Source of the DNA: an uncultured Desulfovibrionaceae bacterium
GTDB lineage: Bacteria; Desulfobacterota; Desulfovibrionia; Desulfovibrionales; Desulfovibrionaceae
Reading direction: 5' to 3'
NCBI GenBank assembly: GCA_964371835.1
Contig: CAYJOP010000001.1
Span: 6,414-70,413, forward strand
Length of the DNA: 64,000 bases
Each line of letters opens with the position of its first letter. Within the stretch, counting starts at the first letter, position 1. Under the pieces are notes generated by a model, which saw nothing but the letters and a program-made list of their open reading frames with translations, searched no databases and was not told where the DNA came from. The translations under genes and the position numbers were made by a program. This document shows positions 7,761-17,237 of the stretch, piece by piece.

Positions 7761-7960
7761 AGCAAGGGCAGAAGTAATAATTGACCAATAAATAGTACAA
7801 TGTCACTATCCATATAAGCCACGACGCAAGTTAAGCAGGCCGCAAAAATTATCCATAAAAAGTGTACTTGAGGGCGAAAAAAGAAAAATAATTGTATAAA
7901 AAAAGCCAATCCAATTAAAATAGGCCCATAATAAATATTCCAATCTAAGTATGAAATCAT
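7739..7960 (-). CDS. Small hypothetical membrane protein (73 aa)
   Basis: Two hydrophobic segments. Its stop overlaps an in-frame ATG of the TVP38 gene (TAATG), suggesting translational coupling. Confidence 0.4.
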   Translation of the reverse strand: MISYLDWNIYYGPILIGLAFFIQLFFFFRPQVHFLWIIFAACLTCVVAYMDSDIVLFIGQLLLLPLLWRHRQK

Positions 7961-8176
7961 AAATTACTATAATCTACATGTAAAGGCATTGCAATTCACA
8001 AAAATGAGCTTATATAAATATGCATGACAACATGCTTGCAAAGCTTTGCTTTGCTTAAAATAAATAACAATAATTTTGAATATTTAATTGTTTGTGAGCA
8101 AGTTGCAAAACTTTTGTTAGAAACTGTTTTGCAATTATATAACATCAAGAATTAACTACTTTTATTTGGAGATTAC

Positions 8177-9493
8177 ATGATTACTTTAACCCCCCGTGAA
8201 GTTGTGGCCGAACTTGATAAATATATAGTAGGCCAAGAACAAGCTAAAAAAATGGTGGCAGTGGCTGTGCGCAATCGTTGGCGCAGAGGACGCCTTGCAC
8301 CTGAACTTAGAGATGAGGTTGCCCCAAAAAATATTATTATGATGGGCCCAACAGGTGTTGGCAAAACTGAAATTGCTCGCCGCCTTGCAAAGCTTTGCGG
8401 AGTACCATTTGTAAAGGTTGAAGCCACAAAATTTACGGAAGTTGGCTATGTTGGTCGTGATGTTGAGTCTATGGTTCGCGATCTTATGGAAATAAGCATC
8501 AAACTTGTGCGCGAAGAAGAAAATATAAGAGTTAAAGAAACAGCAGAAGCTGCGGCCGAGTCACGCTTGCTTGATTTATTGCTTCCTGCATCATTTGGTG
8601 CTGATAATAACCGTGATTCCACAAGAGAAAAACTACGTCAGCAACTTCGTCAAGGATTTATGGATGATAGAGAAGTTGAAATGGAAGTCATGGAACAATC
8701 TGGACCCAATATTGATGTTTTTGCCATTCCGGGTATGGAAGGTATGGGCAATCAAGTAAAGGATATGTTTGGAAAAGCTTTTCCACCAAAACCTAAAAGA
8801 CGCAAAATGAAAATTGGGCAAGCCTTCAATGTGCTTGTGCAGGAAGAGTCTGGAAAACTCGTTGATGAAGAATCTATCATGGACAGAGCAAAAGAGCGTG
8901 TTGAGCAGGGCGGAATTATATTTATTGATGAAATAGATAAAATCGCTAGCACCTCATCGCAGCGTTCATCGGATATTTCTAGAGAGGGCGTGCAGCGAGA
9001 TTTATTACCAATTGTTGAGGGCAGTGCTGTTAACACAAAGTATGGTATGGTTAACACTGACCATATTTTATTTATTGCGGCTGGTGCATTTCATTTTAGC
9101 AAACCATCTGATTTAATTCCAGAATTGCAAGGACGCTTTCCACTGCGAGTGGAGTTACAAGCCCTTGGTCGTGAGGAATTTTTACGAATTTTAACAGAGC
9201 CTGATAATGCTCTAACTCGCCAATATATGGCCTTGCTTGGCACAGAAGGTGTGACCATTACCTACACAGACGATGGCTTGAAAGAAATTGCAAGCTTTGC
9301 TGAGCAAACCAATGCCCAAACAGAAAATATTGGCGCGCGCCGTTTGTACACAATTATGGAAAAAATATTGGCAGACATTTCATTTGATGCTCCTGAAAAA
9401 TCAGGTACAGAAATTATTGTAAATAAGTCTTACGTTGAAGATCACTTGGAAGATGTTCGAGTGGATAAAGATTTAAGCCGTTACATTTTATAG
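8177..9493 (+). CDS. hslU: ATP-dependent protease ATPase subunit HslU
   Basis: N-terminus [34 protein letters not shown]. Walker [16 protein letters not shown]. Walker [15 protein letters not shown] before the ATG. Confidence 0.95.
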   Translation: MITLTPREVVAELDKYIVGQEQAKKMVAVAVRNRWRRGRLAPELRDEVAPKNIIMMGPTGVGKTEIARRLAKLCGVPFVKVEATKFTEVGYVGRDVESMVRDLMEISIKLVREEENIRVKETAEAAAESRLLDLLLPASFGADNNRDSTREKLRQQLRQGFMDDREVEMEVMEQSGPNIDVFAIPGMEGMGNQVKDMFGKAFPPKPKRRKMKIGQAFNVLVQEESGKLVDEESIMDRAKERVEQGGIIFIDEIDKIASTSSQRSSDISREGVQRDLLPIVEGSAVNTKYGMVNTDHILFIAAGAFHFSKPSDLIPELQGRFPLRVELQALGREEFLRILTEPDNALTRQYMALLGTEGVTITYTDDGLKEIASFAEQTNAQTENIGARRLYTIMEKILADISFDAPEKSGTEIIVNKSYVEDHLEDVRVDKDLSRYIL

Positions 9494-9514
9494 TAATTAC
9501 TAAATTTATAAATT

Positions 9515-9795
9515 AAGACTCCTGCATAATCTATTGTGCTGAGTCTTTTGAAGCGTTGACGACAGCCAATGCGACCAAAAATCAAGAATAGGCGGAGCAA
9601 AGCTCAGCCGTTAACTGATTGATTTTTCCTGCCCTAGTGGTGCCACGAAGTGGCATAGCCGTAAGGCGAGGAACGAGCCTTACGGATACAGAGAGCAGAG
9701 ATGTGTCTTTTGTGTTGCACAAGTGCATTTTCAAATAAATGCAAATTTACTGCAAAAGCACAAAATAGAACTAAAAATAATTGTGCAGGATTCTT
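9515..9795 (-). repeat. MITE-like repeat, family 1, copy A (carries an 80-bp nested insertion)
   Basis: The reverse complement aligns by eye at about 90 percent identity with 19759-19966, apart from the 9628-9707 insertion. Terminal inverted repeats are AAGACTCCTGCATAAT / AATTGTGCAGGATTCTT. No coding capacity. Confidence 0.75.
9628..9707 (+). repeat. GC-rich hairpin module (family 3) nested in family-1 copy A
   Basis: Absent from copy B, where ATGG occupies the site. 46 of 80 positions are G/C, against an AT-rich host element. Contains a perfect 9-bp stem CCGTAAGGC (9659-9667) / GCCTTACGG (9677-9685) and the hairpin GTGCCAC-GAA-GTGGCA. Confidence 0.6.
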
Positions 9796-9800
9796 AAATT

Positions 9801-10706
9801 ATGAAAAAAACAGTCAAAGCTTGGGTTCAGGCCTTTAGACCCCGCACATTACCACTTTCGCTATCAACTCTTTTTTTAGGAGCTGGCCTTGCGGCAACTG
9901 TTCAGTCTTTTTCTGTATGGATTTTCATTTTTTCAGTGCTTACCGCTGTTTTTTTACAAGCGCTTTCTGATTTGTCCAATGACTATGGTGATGCACAAAA
10001 TATGCTTGACGGTAAAGACAGGGTAGGCCCAAAACGCACCGTTGCTTCTGGGCAAATTAGCCCTGCAAATATGCGAATTGGCATTGTAATTATAATTTGT
10101 TTATGCGTCGTAAGTGCTTTTTTTCTTTTTTATTTTAGCCTTGGCAATAATCCACTTGAATGGATATTTTTTTGCGTATTGCTAGCTTCAGCTATTTGGG
10201 CAGCCATGTTCTACACATTGGGAAAAAAACCCTATGGTTACAGAGCTAGAGGTGATTATTATGTGTTTGTTTATTTTGGAATTATTTCTGTACTAGGATC
10301 ATATTATCTTTATACGGGCAAATTTGAGAGTCTACCTTTAATGCCAGCAATTGCCGCAGGTTTATTTTGCACATCTGTATTAAATATTAATAATATAAGA
10401 GATATAGATGGTGATAGAAAGCATGGCAAATACACCATAGCCCTAAGGTTTGGCCCAAAAAAAGCCAGAATATACCATGTTAGCTTAGTTGTATGTGGAG
10501 TATTGGCTTGGATGATTTATTTATTCTTAAATGTTCAACCACTGGCTATATGTTTAATATTTTTGACTATGCCTATAGTAATTAGTGCTTACAAAGTCTT
10601 TAGCATTTATGATGATGCAAAAATCATTGATAAACAATTACGCAATACTGCACTTGGTACATCTTTTTTTCACACCTGTATGGCTATTGCCTTACCCTTG
10701 TTATAA
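9801..10706 (+). CDS. menA: 1,4-dihydroxy-2-naphthoate polyprenyltransferase (UbiA superfamily)
   Basis: Motifs LSDLSNDYGDAQNMLDGKDRVGPKRTVASGQISP and NINNIRDIDGDRKHGKYTIALRFG match MenA-type prenyltransferases. Multiple TM segments. Confidence 0.85.
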   Translation: MKKTVKAWVQAFRPRTLPLSLSTLFLGAGLAATVQSFSVWIFIFSVLTAVFLQALSDLSNDYGDAQNMLDGKDRVGPKRTVASGQISPANMRIGIVIIICLCVVSAFFLFYFSLGNNPLEWIFFCVLLASAIWAAMFYTLGKKPYGYRARGDYYVFVYFGIISVLGSYYLYTGKFESLPLMPAIAAGLFCTSVLNINNIRDIDGDRKHGKYTIALRFGPKKARIYHVSLVVCGVLAWMIYLFLNVQPLAICLIFLTMPIVISAYKVFSIYDDAKIIDKQLRNTALGTSFFHTCMAIALPLL

Positions 10707-10731
10707 TTAAAAATTCTTTTAAATTAAAAAT

Positions 10732-10786
10732 ATGCAAGAAATTTACATAATGGTACCATTTCTTGCATGTTTTTTTATTTTTTTCG
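10732..10786 (+). terminator. Rho-independent terminator after menA
   Basis: Perfect 11-bp stem ATGCAAGAAAT (10732-10742) / ATTTCTTGCAT (10758-10768), followed by a long T-rich run. Confidence 0.7.
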
Positions 10787-10809
10787 TTAAAGTTTTACTT
10801 TAACTAGTG

Positions 10810-13638
10810 CTATTTATTCCTGTCTAACCAATAGCTTAGGGTGTTGTAAAGTATGTCTGGAGATATTGGCTTAGTGATGTGATCATTCATACCATGCTTT
10901 AAGCTTTTTTCTTTATCTCCAGTCATGGCATGAGCAGACATGGCAATAACTGGCAATTTTGCAAACTTTGGAATTTCTCTAATTTTAGCTGATGCAGTAA
11001 GTCCATCCATTATGGGCATTTGAATATCCATTAGCACTAAATCATAAGGTGTTTTTTCGAGCATATCTAAGGCTTCCTGCCCATTGTTTGCAACATCTAC
11101 AGTATATCCAACTGATTGCAATAATTCTTCGGCAATAATTTGGTTGATTTGATTATCTTCAACCAACAAAAGGTGTCCAGAGTATGACTGGGGGTTACGC
11201 TCTGCATTATTTGTTTTTGTAACCATATTCACATCTTCGCCTGCAATATGAAAAATTGCAGTAAAAAAGAAGCTTGAGCCTTTGCCAGGTGTGCTTTTCA
11301 CCCAAATTTCACCATGCATCATATCCACAATACGCTTCGAAATGGCAAGCCCAAGTCCGGTTCCGCCATATTTGCGTGTAACAGAAGTATCAGCTTGGCT
11401 AAAAGCAGAAAAAAGCCCTGAAATTTGTTCTTCACTTAAGCCAATGCCAGTGTCTACAACCTCAAAAAGACAATGTAATTTATTATTTTCATGTTTGGAA
11501 CTTTGAACTATTAGCCCAATGCTACCTTTTCCTGTAAATTTAATGGCATTACTCACAAGGTTTAATAAAACTTGTTTTAGACGTAAAGGATCACCTAAAA
11601 GGGCAGTGGTGGAAAAATCACCCATATCCATATGTGATGTAAGGCCTTTATCTGTAATGGCATGCCCAAATAAACTTTCAAGTTCTGCACATACATCGTG
11701 CACTGTAAAGAGCGTGGTTTCCATTTCAAGCTTACCAGCTTCAATTTTTGAAAAATCTAGAATATCATTGATAATTCGCAAAAGCTCATTGGTGGAAAAC
11801 AGGGCTTTTTGCATGTAATTTTTTTGCATATCATCAAGCTTTGTGCTGGATAAAATATGCAATAAACCCAAAATACCATTCATAGGTGTGCGTATTTCAT
11901 GGCTCATATTGGCCAAAAATTCACTCTTGGCCATGGCGCTTTTTTCTGCTGCGTCCTTGGACAATTCAATTTCTTTGAGCATCTTTTTGCTTTCCCGCAA
12001 GTCACGCACATAGCAAATGTATAATTCTTCACCTTCAATATGGGCAAATTCAATATTCACATAGATGGGAATTTCTTGATTATCAGCACTAAGGGCCATC
12101 ATTTCAAAATTATTTACTCCGCCATCTCGTAAGCCACTAAATTTATTTACAATAAACTGTTCAGAAGGTTCGCCATTGGGTTGAATTTCAGGAAAGTATG
12201 ACATGACTTTTTCAAGGTAATCTTCCTTATTCTTAAAACCAGACATGCGAACAGCCTCGTCATTACAGTCAATAATTTGTAACTGTAAATTCAATATATT
12301 AATACCAAGAGGGATACCGTTTAATATGGCCTCTGTGCGTTTTTCAGCCGCACGTACTTTTCTTAAATTTTCCTCAACTTCTCTTAGGTCATGAACAAAG
12401 GAAACAACCATATCCTCACCATTGTGCTTGGCACTAACAGCAGTTATTTCTGTGGGTACTTCTTTGCCATCAGGGGTAAGCCCAAGCCAAAAGCTCTTGG
12501 TTGAGCCTTCATTTATAGCTATTGCTATGTGCTCCGCCATTTTTTGAAGGGATGGTGTACCATCTGGTTGAAATTCAGGAAAAAGTGTAGGAAAAACTTT
12601 TTGAAATTCATCCCTATCACTAACCCCAAATGTCCTTGCAACAGCCTTGTTGCAGTCCATAAGATTAAGGTTTTTATCCCAAATCATTGTACCAAAGGGA
12701 CTTGCGTCGAGCATGACCTTTGTATATTCATAAGCTTCACGCATTTTGCATAAGTTTTCGTGCTGCTCGCGCAAGTCTCTTAAAAATACGAGTAAAACTT
12801 TTTCATCACGAATAAAACTAGGGATAAATATGGCATCAAGAGGAATTACTTCGCCAGCGGTGTTCATTTGCGTCCAATTTTTACGCAAATATCCAGCTTC
12901 AAAGGCCTCAGTAATGTATTGGTATGCAAGCTCTGAAGATTTTTTACCATTGGGTTGATACTCAGGCACTATTTCTTTAAAGTGTTCTATAAAATCTTGA
13001 GGGTCTTTGAAACCAAAAAGCCTTGCAGTTTCTTGGCTTGCATCAAGCATAACGTAATCAGATGACCAAACTTGTGCAGCTAGCGGCATGGTATCAAGCA
13101 TGGCTTTCATGCGCTCATTGGCTATTGCTTCAGCATCTTGGGCATATTTCAGTTCTTTAATACTTTTTGCAAGATTTGCTTCAAACTCCTTCTGCTTAGA
13201 AATATCAACAAAAATGCCCACAAGGCCTTTTTCTTTTTCAGAGCTTAAAAATCCATTAATCCAATAAAGGGCAGAAGTGTGCCCACGCTCAAACTCAAAT
13301 GACGTTTCATAGTGCAAATCAGTTGCATTTTCAATAGCTTTTAGATCTTCAGCTTGATATTTTTTACGATCTTCCAGTGATAAATGCTCCAGCTCAAGCA
13401 CAGATGCACCAAGCAAGGATGTACCGTCAATGTTAAAATACTCTTTATACGCCTTATTTAGCACACAAAATCTTGCATCTTCATTTTTTGCGAATGCAGG
13501 AATGGGTATTGCGTCAATCAAGGCCTCATAAAAAGCTAATTTTTTTTGAGTTTCTTTTAATTCAGCCTTTAAATTAGCAAATTCTTCATGAGAAACACTA
13601 TCTTGGCTATTTTTGTCTTTATCATTCATGAGTTTCAT
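10810..13638 (-). CDS. Multi-PAS hybrid sensor histidine kinase (4-5 PAS, HisKA, HATPase_c, REC), cytoplasmic
   Basis: H-box FLANMSHEIRTPMNGILG. DTGIGL and GGTGLGLAISK. Receiver VEDNQIN..DIQMPIMDG..TKP. Three PAS-like modules carry the motif PE-[FYI]-QP-[ND]-G. Confidence 0.9.
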   Translation of the reverse strand: MKLMNDKDKNSQDSVSHEEFANLKAELKETQKKLAFYEALIDAIPIPAFAKNEDARFCVLNKAYKEYFNIDGTSLLGASVLELEHLSLEDRKKYQAEDLKAIENATDLHYETSFEFERGHTSALYWINGFLSSEKEKGLVGIFVDISKQKEFEANLAKSIKELKYAQDAEAIANERMKAMLDTMPLAAQVWSSDYVMLDASQETARLFGFKDPQDFIEHFKEIVPEYQPNGKKSSELAYQYITEAFEAGYLRKNWTQMNTAGEVIPLDAIFIPSFIRDEKVLLVFLRDLREQHENLCKMREAYEYTKVMLDASPFGTMIWDKNLNLMDCNKAVARTFGVSDRDEFQKVFPTLFPEFQPDGTPSLQKMAEHIAIAINEGSTKSFWLGLTPDGKEVPTEITAVSAKHNGEDMVVSFVHDLREVEENLRKVRAAEKRTEAILNGIPLGINILNLQLQIIDCNDEAVRMSGFKNKEDYLEKVMSYFPEIQPNGEPSEQFIVNKFSGLRDGGVNNFEMMALSADNQEIPIYVNIEFAHIEGEELYICYVRDLRESKKMLKEIELSKDAAEKSAMAKSEFLANMSHEIRTPMNGILGLLHILSSTKLDDMQKNYMQKALFSTNELLRIINDILDFSKIEAGKLEMETTLFTVHDVCAELESLFGHAITDKGLTSHMDMGDFSTTALLGDPLRLKQVLLNLVSNAIKFTGKGSIGLIVQSSKHENNKLHCLFEVVDTGIGLSEEQISGLFSAFSQADTSVTRKYGGTGLGLAISKRIVDMMHGEIWVKSTPGKGSSFFFTAIFHIAGEDVNMVTKTNNAERNPQSYSGHLLLVEDNQINQIIAEELLQSVGYTVDVANNGQEALDMLEKTPYDLVLMDIQMPIMDGLTASAKIREIPKFAKLPVIAMSAHAMTGDKEKSLKHGMNDHITKPISPDILYNTLSYWLDRNK

Positions 13639-13731
13639 AATAGTTTCATTCCGTTACAGTAATGATTTTACAATAAAAATATTGGTTAATATGTTATATA
13701 AACAGGCAAAAAAACAAAATGTTTGTTGTAT

Positions 13732-14619
13732 TTAAACCATTTTGCCAAGTGCTTTAAGTTCTGCCTTTGTTAATTCACGAATGTCGCCAACTCCTAAATT
13801 GTCTAATAAAACAGGTCCTTGAGCAATACGAATTAATTTAAATATGGTAAGGTTGAGGTCACGGCACATGCGTCTAATTTGCCTGTTAATTCCTTGACTT
13901 AGGGTCATTTCCAATAGGGTAGTGGGTGTGTCGGCATTGGGTGGGCGTATAACTTCAACCTTTATGGGGGCAAGTTTTTCGCCTTCTTTAAGGGTCATTC
14001 CACTTTGCATTATTTTGAGATGTTCAGAGTTTACCTCTTCACGAACAAGCACCCTATATGTTTTAGTAAAATTATGGCTTGGATGTGACAACTTTTGCGC
14101 AAAATCTCCATCATCAGTCAAAATTAATAGGCCTTCAGAAAAGAAATCCAAGCGTCCAACACTAAAAAGCCTTTTCTTTTGCCATTTTTGGGGCAAAATA
14201 TCAAAAATTGTACTTCGACCTTCGGGGTCATAGGCTGTGCACATGGTTTGCACTGGTTTGTGCAACAATAAGTAACAACGTGATGAGCCGCGCTTGATTT
14301 TTTGACCATCAACACAAATTATGTCATGCGAATTAACCTTATAACCAAGTTCAGAAATAACTTGACCATTGATTGTGACTTTACCAGCAGCAATATATTC
14401 TTCGGCCTTACGCCTAGAACATACACCAGCATCAGCCAAAGCTTTGTTAATACGCACAGCATCTAATATATTATTTGATTCAGGGACATTTGACTCAGCG
14501 GAAGACTTTACAGGATTAGATTTAAAATGTGTAATATTTCGACTGTTTGCTTGATTTTTTTGTTTAAAATGATTATTCTTAGGTTTTTGTTTAGACCTAA
14601 AATCGTGCTCTAGAGGCAT
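13732..14619 (-). CDS. rluB: RNA pseudouridine synthase, RsuA/RluB family (S4 domain plus catalytic domain)
   Basis: S4-like segment RINKALADAGVCSRRKAEEYIAAGKVTINGQ. Catalytic motif GRLDFFSEGLLILTDDG. Basic N-terminal extension. Confidence 0.85.
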   Translation of the reverse strand: MPLEHDFRSKQKPKNNHFKQKNQANSRNITHFKSNPVKSSAESNVPESNNILDAVRINKALADAGVCSRRKAEEYIAAGKVTINGQVISELGYKVNSHDIICVDGQKIKRGSSRCYLLLHKPVQTMCTAYDPEGRSTIFDILPQKWQKKRLFSVGRLDFFSEGLLILTDDGDFAQKLSHPSHNFTKTYRVLVREEVNSEHLKIMQSGMTLKEGEKLAPIKVEVIRPPNADTPTTLLEMTLSQGINRQIRRMCRDLNLTIFKLIRIAQGPVLLDNLGVGDIRELTKAELKALGKMV

Positions 14620-15050
14620 TTTAAGCTCCTAATTTACATTGTCTACCTTAAATCATAAATATATGTTTTTACGCTTAGAAGGGACGCAATTAATAATTGA
14701 GCATATTAATATGCAATTTCAAAAAATAAAAGGCTTTAGAAGATGAAAAAATTTCAATTATCTTTAAATATTGAAATTCACAAACCGCTAGTTTTCCATA
14801 ATCAATTTTGCGTTATTTGGCAAATCTTCCCATTAAACAATTCCAAATCTCTTAACTTATTTAATTTATTTACTATTCATTTTATAAAAGTTTACATAAT
14901 TATCATTATGTGGCATTTACATATAAATAAAATAAGAAACAAATGACAAATTGCCCTATTCCTATGCTTGCCATGATTGCTCACAAAAAGTATATTGATG
15001 AGCGACAGTAAATTAACAAATGCTTACATGGTTTTTACAAAGGAGTTTTC

Positions 15051-15671
15051 ATGGGTTTTTTAAGTGCATCATGTAGTTTTACACGTTTTCGTATTATTGA
15101 TGATGTCCCAAGCGATTTGTGGGCGCAAATTCCTGACAGCCTAAAAAAACATGCTTTTCAGGATATTGATGATGTTCCCCTTGAGCGAGCCCATGGTTGG
15201 ACTTGTTTTGAGGATATGCTTGATATGCAATGGCACACTGCTCCACCCCAAAAAGGTGCATATATTGTGTTTTCTTTGCGCTTAGATACAAGGCGCATTC
15301 CTGCTGGGGTCATAAAAAAGCATTTTGCACTTGCTCTAAAGGACGAAAAGCAAAGCAATGCAGAGCAAAATAAGAAATTTATTAGCCGCGAGCGCAAAAA
15401 AGAATTGAAAGAACAAGTGATTATTCGTTTGCGTAGTCGCTTTTTACCAGTTCCAGCTGAATTTAATGTACTATGGGAAACCACTAACAATACGGTGTGG
15501 TTTGCATCCACTCAAAGCAAAATGATTGAGCTTTTTACTGAGCTTTTCACCCAAACCTTTAACTTACACCTTGAGCAAATGATACCGTATAACCTTGCCA
15601 TGACCATCTTGGATGAGTCCCAATTAGCACATCTTGACCGCATTGAACCAACGCAATTTGCTACGGAGTAA
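15051..15671 (+). CDS. RdgC-like recombination-associated protein (short form)
   Basis: MGFLSASCSFTRFRI...F.DIDD...ERAHGWTCFEDMLD...YIVFSLRLDTRRIPAGVIKK follows the RdgC family N-terminal pattern as I remember it. GGAG before the ATG. Confidence 0.55.
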   Translation: MGFLSASCSFTRFRIIDDVPSDLWAQIPDSLKKHAFQDIDDVPLERAHGWTCFEDMLDMQWHTAPPQKGAYIVFSLRLDTRRIPAGVIKKHFALALKDEKQSNAEQNKKFISRERKKELKEQVIIRLRSRFLPVPAEFNVLWETTNNTVWFASTQSKMIELFTELFTQTFNLHLEQMIPYNLAMTILDESQLAHLDRIEPTQFATE

Positions 15672-15674
15672 ATA

Positions 15675-16199
15675 ATGAATACATACCTTGGAGAAAGCAC
15701 CGATATAATCTTAGGTCAAGAGTTTTTAACTTGGCTTTGGTATAAAAGCGACACCTCCCCTAGTGATTTTCAAGACAAAAAAGGTGTGCCATTTTCTGTT
15801 TCCATGGAGCAACGCATAGTTGTTCAAGGTGGAGAAGGTGAAAATCTAGAAACTGCCTCAGTTTCTGGCTCACTCTCCCCTTTGCGAGAAGCTCGCCTTG
15901 GCCTTGTTACAGGTAAAAAAGTAACCAGAGCCATTGTGCGTTTTGAGCAAAACGATCTTGATTGGCAAATATCATTAAGGGCAGAAGACTTATCTTGCAA
16001 CAGCTTGCGCTCACCAAAAATTGAAAAAGAAGGTGAAGACGACGACCCAGATGCCTTTTTATTAGAAAAAATATACCTTATGGAGCTATGTGTGGGCTTG
16101 CTTGACTCACTTTTTGCTCAATTTTTGCAATTGCGCTTGTCCAATGCTTGGCAAACAGAAATTAAAAATGTACAAACTTGGATGACTTCAAGAAGTTAA
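15675..16199 (+). CDS. Hypothetical protein, translationally coupled to the RdgC-like gene
   Basis: 174 aa, starting 3 nt after the upstream stop. Conserved-looking LGQEFLTWLWYKSD N-terminus. Family not firmly recognised. Confidence 0.6.
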   Translation: MNTYLGESTDIILGQEFLTWLWYKSDTSPSDFQDKKGVPFSVSMEQRIVVQGGEGENLETASVSGSLSPLREARLGLVTGKKVTRAIVRFEQNDLDWQISLRAEDLSCNSLRSPKIEKEGEDDDPDAFLLEKIYLMELCVGLLDSLFAQFLQLRLSNAWQTEIKNVQTWMTSRS

Positions 16200-16217
16200 T
16201 GTAATGGATGAACTTTA

Positions 16218-17237
16218 ATGCCCTCTACCCCACAAACACAAATTTCAACCATCGGTTTGCGAATTATCCGTAAAATTTTATGGATGATGCTAGTTTTTTG
16301 GGGCATTACTGTCATAAGTTTTACAGTAATTCACCTTGCGCCAGGCTCGCCAACAGATATGGAAACAACACTTAATCCGTTGGCAGGAGAAGCTGCAAGG
16401 CAACGCCTTGAAGCACTTTATGGCCTTGATAAACCTTTATATGAGCAATATGGCAACTGGTTATATCGTTTAGTTCAATTTGACTTTGGTAATTCCATGT
16501 CTTCTGACTCAAGGCCAGTTATTGATAAAATAATGGAGCGCCTTCCTTTAACAGTTGGCATGAATATTACCGCTTTAATATTAACTTTAAGTATAGCCAT
16601 TCCCATTGGCGTTTTATCAGCTTGGAAGCAAAATTCTTGGTGGGATAAAGGGGTTACCATACTTGTATTTTTGGCTTTTGCCATGCCTGGTTTCTGGCTT
16701 GCGCTGCTGCTTATGCTATTTTTCGGAATAGAAAACAATTGGTTACCCATATCTGGCTTAACATCGTTAAATTATGAATATCTCTCTCCTTTAGGTAAAA
16801 TTTGGGACGTGGTATCACATTTAATACTGCCCATTACTGTATATACCATTGGTGGCATCGCTGGCATGTCTCGTTTTACTCGCTCCTCCATGCTTGAAGT
16901 TTTAAGGCAAGATTACATTTTAACCGCAAGGGCCAAGGGTTTGCCAACTTCAAGGGTTATTTTTCATCATGCTTTACGAAATGCACTTTTGCCAGTAATT
17001 ACCTTACTTGGCCTATCTGTACCCGGATTAATTGGTGGTAGTGTAATTATTGAATCAATCTTTGGTTTGCCTGGCCTTGGACAACTGTTTTATGCTGCTG
17101 TAATGGCTCGCGATTATACAATGATTATGGGAAATTTAGTGCTTGGAGCTGTTTTAACTTTGCTTGGTAACGTACTTGCTGATGTGGCTTATGGTTTTGC
17201 AGATCCACGCATAAGAACTGCAAAGGATGCAGTATAA
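16218..17237 (+). CDS. ABC transporter permease, DppB/OppB type
   Basis: Six TM segments. BPD_transp_1 signature region [34 protein letters not shown]. Confidence 0.9.
   Translation: MPSTPQTQISTIGLRIIRKILWMMLVFWGITVISFTVIHLAPGSPTDMETTLNPLAGEAARQRLEALYGLDKPLYEQYGNWLYRLVQFDFGNSMSSDSRPVIDKIMERLPLTVGMNITALILTLSIAIPIGVLSAWKQNSWWDKGVTILVFLAFAMPGFWLALLLMLFFGIENNWLPISGLTSLNYEYLSPLGKIWDVVSHLILPITVYTIGGIAGMSRFTRSSMLEVLRQDYILTARAKGLPTSRVIFHHALRNALLPVITLLGLSVPGLIGGSVIIESIFGLPGLGQLFYAAVMARDYTMIMGNLVLGAVLTLLGNVLADVAYGFADPRIRTAKDAV

Noticed and set aside
7961-8176. Possible hslV remnant, or a sigma-32 or sigma-54 promoter, upstream of hslU
   Set aside because: No frame shows HslV-like sequence. CTTGCAAAG lacks a CCCCAT-type -10, and the TTGCA element lacks a correctly spaced GG. 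Nothing here could be supported.
14743-14946. 67-aa ORF in the rluB / RdgC-like divergent intergenic region
   Set aside because: It is very AT-rich with a low-complexity Ile/Asn/Lys/Phe-rich translation and no ribosome-binding site. This is typical of a chance ORF in promoter DNA.
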